From the NCBI GenBank assembly GCA_025340205.1, contig CP006868.1, forward strand, positions 480,001-512,000: a stretch of DNA of 32,000 bases, in the 5' to 3' direction. The notes beneath the pieces were generated by a model that was given only the letters and a program-made list of their open reading frames with translations, had not been told where the DNA came from and ran no database searches. Origin of the DNA: Ignicoccus pacificus DSM 13166 (GTDB lineage Archaea; Thermoproteota; Thermoprotei_A; Sulfolobales; Ignicoccaceae). Positions 30,231 through 32,000 of the stretch are shown here, one piece after another; the first letter of the stretch is position 1; every line of letters begins with the position of its first letter. The translations under genes were made by a program, and so were the position numbers.

Positions 30231-32000
30231 TTAGCCTTGGTATAGCACCATCTTACATGTTAACGAGGTCAAGGATATGTTGATAGTGTTTACGTTGTTG
30301 GCTTCTCCGATCAGCGGGTTCTGCGCACAACTGCAGAAGCAATTTCCGGAGTTCTGAGAGTTGGTGGGCGAGGGGGCGATTTGCACGCTCGGAGAGTTAC
30401 AGTTGATACACTGTGCTCCTCCGATGAGCATGTAAAGATTACCTTGGTATTGTGCTAGAATGTCCCAACTTGTAGTTAGAGCAACGCTCATGTAATCACC
30501 GTTCCTGCTTACTGTTAAGTTACCTATGGGCAGCTTCTGCCACACCAGGTTGGTATCAGGAGCCTTAGGTATCTTAGGTCTGTTGAAGAGATCCATACCA
30601 CTCCACACGTCACTGAAGAGTCCAACTTGTTGATATCCCCTATCAGTTCCCTTGGCAGTACTCAAGATCACGAAACTGGCCCGCGAGCCGCTTGAAGTGC
30701 TTCCCTTGAAGCCTATAGTCATTGAGTCCAGACCTACTGCATCCGTCAAGTTGGCTCCCGGAAAGAGGAAGTCCGTTCTATCATATTGGAGCAAGAAGTC
30801 GCCGCTCTCGTAGAGTATTACGCCGAATCTACCTCTCATCCACGGCGAGTAGGTAGTGTTCGGATGACCTTCTTCGTCCCACCATATAGCGCTCCACTTC
30901 TGTCCGTGACTGTAACCGTACTGAGCCCACGTGGCCAGATGAGCCCCTTCCCAGCCGTAGTACTGCGCGGTAGTGTTCCTACTCATATCAAAGGGACTCT
31001 CGGCTATCGCGATAGTAGCATTGGCCCCTCCGTTGCTAAATACTAGCGAACCTATTCCGGGCGTGATGCTTACGTTGGTATAATTTATTCCATAGAGCTC
31101 AAAGCTGGGCAACTGCAACGAAGCATTGCTAGGCAGTATGGAGAGCGTCACCCATGGCCAGCTGTTGTTCACTGACGCACCACTCAAGCTGGAGTAGCTT
31201 AAGGTAGTAAGGGCTCCAACAGTTCCCGGCGGGATGTAGGTTCCATTCTCGCTGACTCCCCAGAGCTGATAATTCACGGAGGTCGGCGCCTCCCTTTCCC
31301 AAGGTGGTACGTCATAGGGATCCTTACTGGCAACGTATTCCAAATACATTCCGTTGGTTTTCACCCAACTATTATTAGCGAGGGCGATCAATTTCTGAGG
31401 ATCCTTGATGCTGGTCTTCGGAACTATTAATGTTATGTTATCAATGTATACGGCACCGGCAACGTTGCTACCCGTTGTAGCACTGAAGCCCATGAACCAG
31501 TACCTAGGAATGCTAAACCCAGCCGAACCAGCTGTAGTGTTAAGCACCAACTTTCCGTCTATGAACACCAATACCTTTCCTCCACAAGTAGCAGTACTTG
31601 TCTTGAATGAGAAATCGGTTAAGCTGGGTGAGCGGTCATAATAACAATTGCCGGCCCATGTCGGATCGACGTAAATGGTAACGCTGTGCCATTTGCCATC
31701 GTTGAGGATATTGGCTAAAGGCACGCCATGGTATCCTATGTGATTGTATGGCGAGTCTTTCACCAGAGCCACATGACTGCCGGTGTTCACTTGAAGACCC
31801 TTCTCCAAAGTTAAACCGGGTATGCTGCTGACGTTATTTAAGACGTAATCGAACTCAACGGCGTAACCTGGGCTGTAACCGGCCTTGGGTCCAGCTAGAA
31901 GACCTAGGGCGCTTCCACCCATAGGTCTTACCTCCCACACGCTACTCAAATTATTGGGTGCCATTGGGTAGAATCTCTTGTAAAAGAAGAAGGCAAAGCC
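30231..32000 (-). CDS. Large secreted/surface protein, beta-rich, ConA/LamG-like region (tentative), Cys-rich C-terminus; N-terminus lies outside the window
   Basis: The frame stays open upstream of the tracked Met to position 32000 (GFAFFFYKRFYP-MAPNN...), which looks like the end of a signal/anchor segment. DGKWHSVTIYVDP is LamG/lectin-like. There are many N-x-S/T sequons. The C-terminal cluster is CINCNSP...GNCFCSCAQ...LTCK. Confidence 0.7.
   Translation of the reverse strand, partial: GFAFFFYKRFYPMAPNNLSSVWEVRPMGGSALGLLAGPKAGYSPGYAVEFDYVLNNVSSIPGLTLEKGLQVNTGSHVALVKDSPYNHIGYHGVPLANILNDGKWHSVTIYVDPTWAGNCYYDRSPSLTDFSFKTSTATCGGKVLVFIDGKLVLNTTAGSAGFSIPRYWFMGFSATTGSNVAGAVYIDNITLIVPKTSIKDPQKLIALANNSWVKTNGMYLEYVASKDPYDVPPWEREAPTSVNYQLWGVSENGTYIPPGTVGALTTLSYSSLSGASVNNSWPWVTLSILPSNASLQLPSFELYGINYTNVSITPGIGSLVFSNGGANATIAIAESPFDMSRNTTAQYYGWEGAHLATWAQYGYSHGQKWSAIWWDEEGHPNTTYSPWMRGRFGVILYESGDFLLQYDRTDFLFPGANLTDAVGLDSMTIGFKGSTSSGSRASFVILSTAKGTDRGYQQVGLFSDVWSGMDLFNRPKIPKAPDTNLVWQKLPIGNLTVSRNGDYMSVALTTSWDILAQYQGNLYMLIGGAQCINCNSPSVQIAPSPTNSQNSGNCFCSCAQNPLIGEANNVNTINISLTSLTCKMVLYQG

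Overview
This window looks like a crenarchaeal, hyperthermophile-style chromosome segment. It is densely coding, with many TTG/GTG starts, TATA-like boxes about 25-40 nt upstream of starts, and frequent 4-nt start/stop overlaps.

Core genes supported by motifs:
- AglB oligosaccharyltransferase (WWDYGY)
- adenylosuccinate lyase
- OMP decarboxylase
- a LeuA/NifV/Re-citrate-synthase-family enzyme
- a TrpA-like protein
- a PaaK-like acyl-CoA ligase
- XPD helicase with a 4-Cys FeS domain
- TatD
- 4-hydroxybutyryl-CoA dehydratase with its FeS ligands
- an intact tRNA-Thr(GGU)

The dehydratase hints at a Desulfurococcales/Ignicoccus-like organism using the dicarboxylate/4-hydroxybutyrate cycle. That is inference only.

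Accessory patches, mostly of visibly lower G+C (eyeballed, not computed):
1. 1-1987: a tightly overlapped ORFan operon that runs off the window start and ends at a 57-nt tRNA-Gly 3' fragment. This is probably the end of an integrated element.
2. A VapBC cassette bracketed by that fragment and a second, degenerate tRNA-3'-end-like remnant.
3. About 2.8-6.6 kb: a low-G+C three-gene island with a repeat-containing membrane protein, an orphan Cas3''-type HD nuclease and a DUF1152-like protein. No CRISPR array or other cas genes are present. This is my best candidate for an undescribed system.
4. 8.2-10.7 kb: an AT-rich island downstream of tRNA-Thr. It holds a Pol-beta-type nucleotidyltransferase pair, a C/D-box sRNA candidate and a small protein with mirror-symmetric CX3C spacing.
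5. Two separate modules of a polytopic membrane protein followed by a small winged-helix protein.
6. A PaREP1/HEPN-like gene interrupted by two in-frame stops with no frameshift.
7. A convergent type II R-M pair (SPPY methyltransferase plus PD-ExK nuclease).

All family calls come from motifs read by eye. No database search was run.
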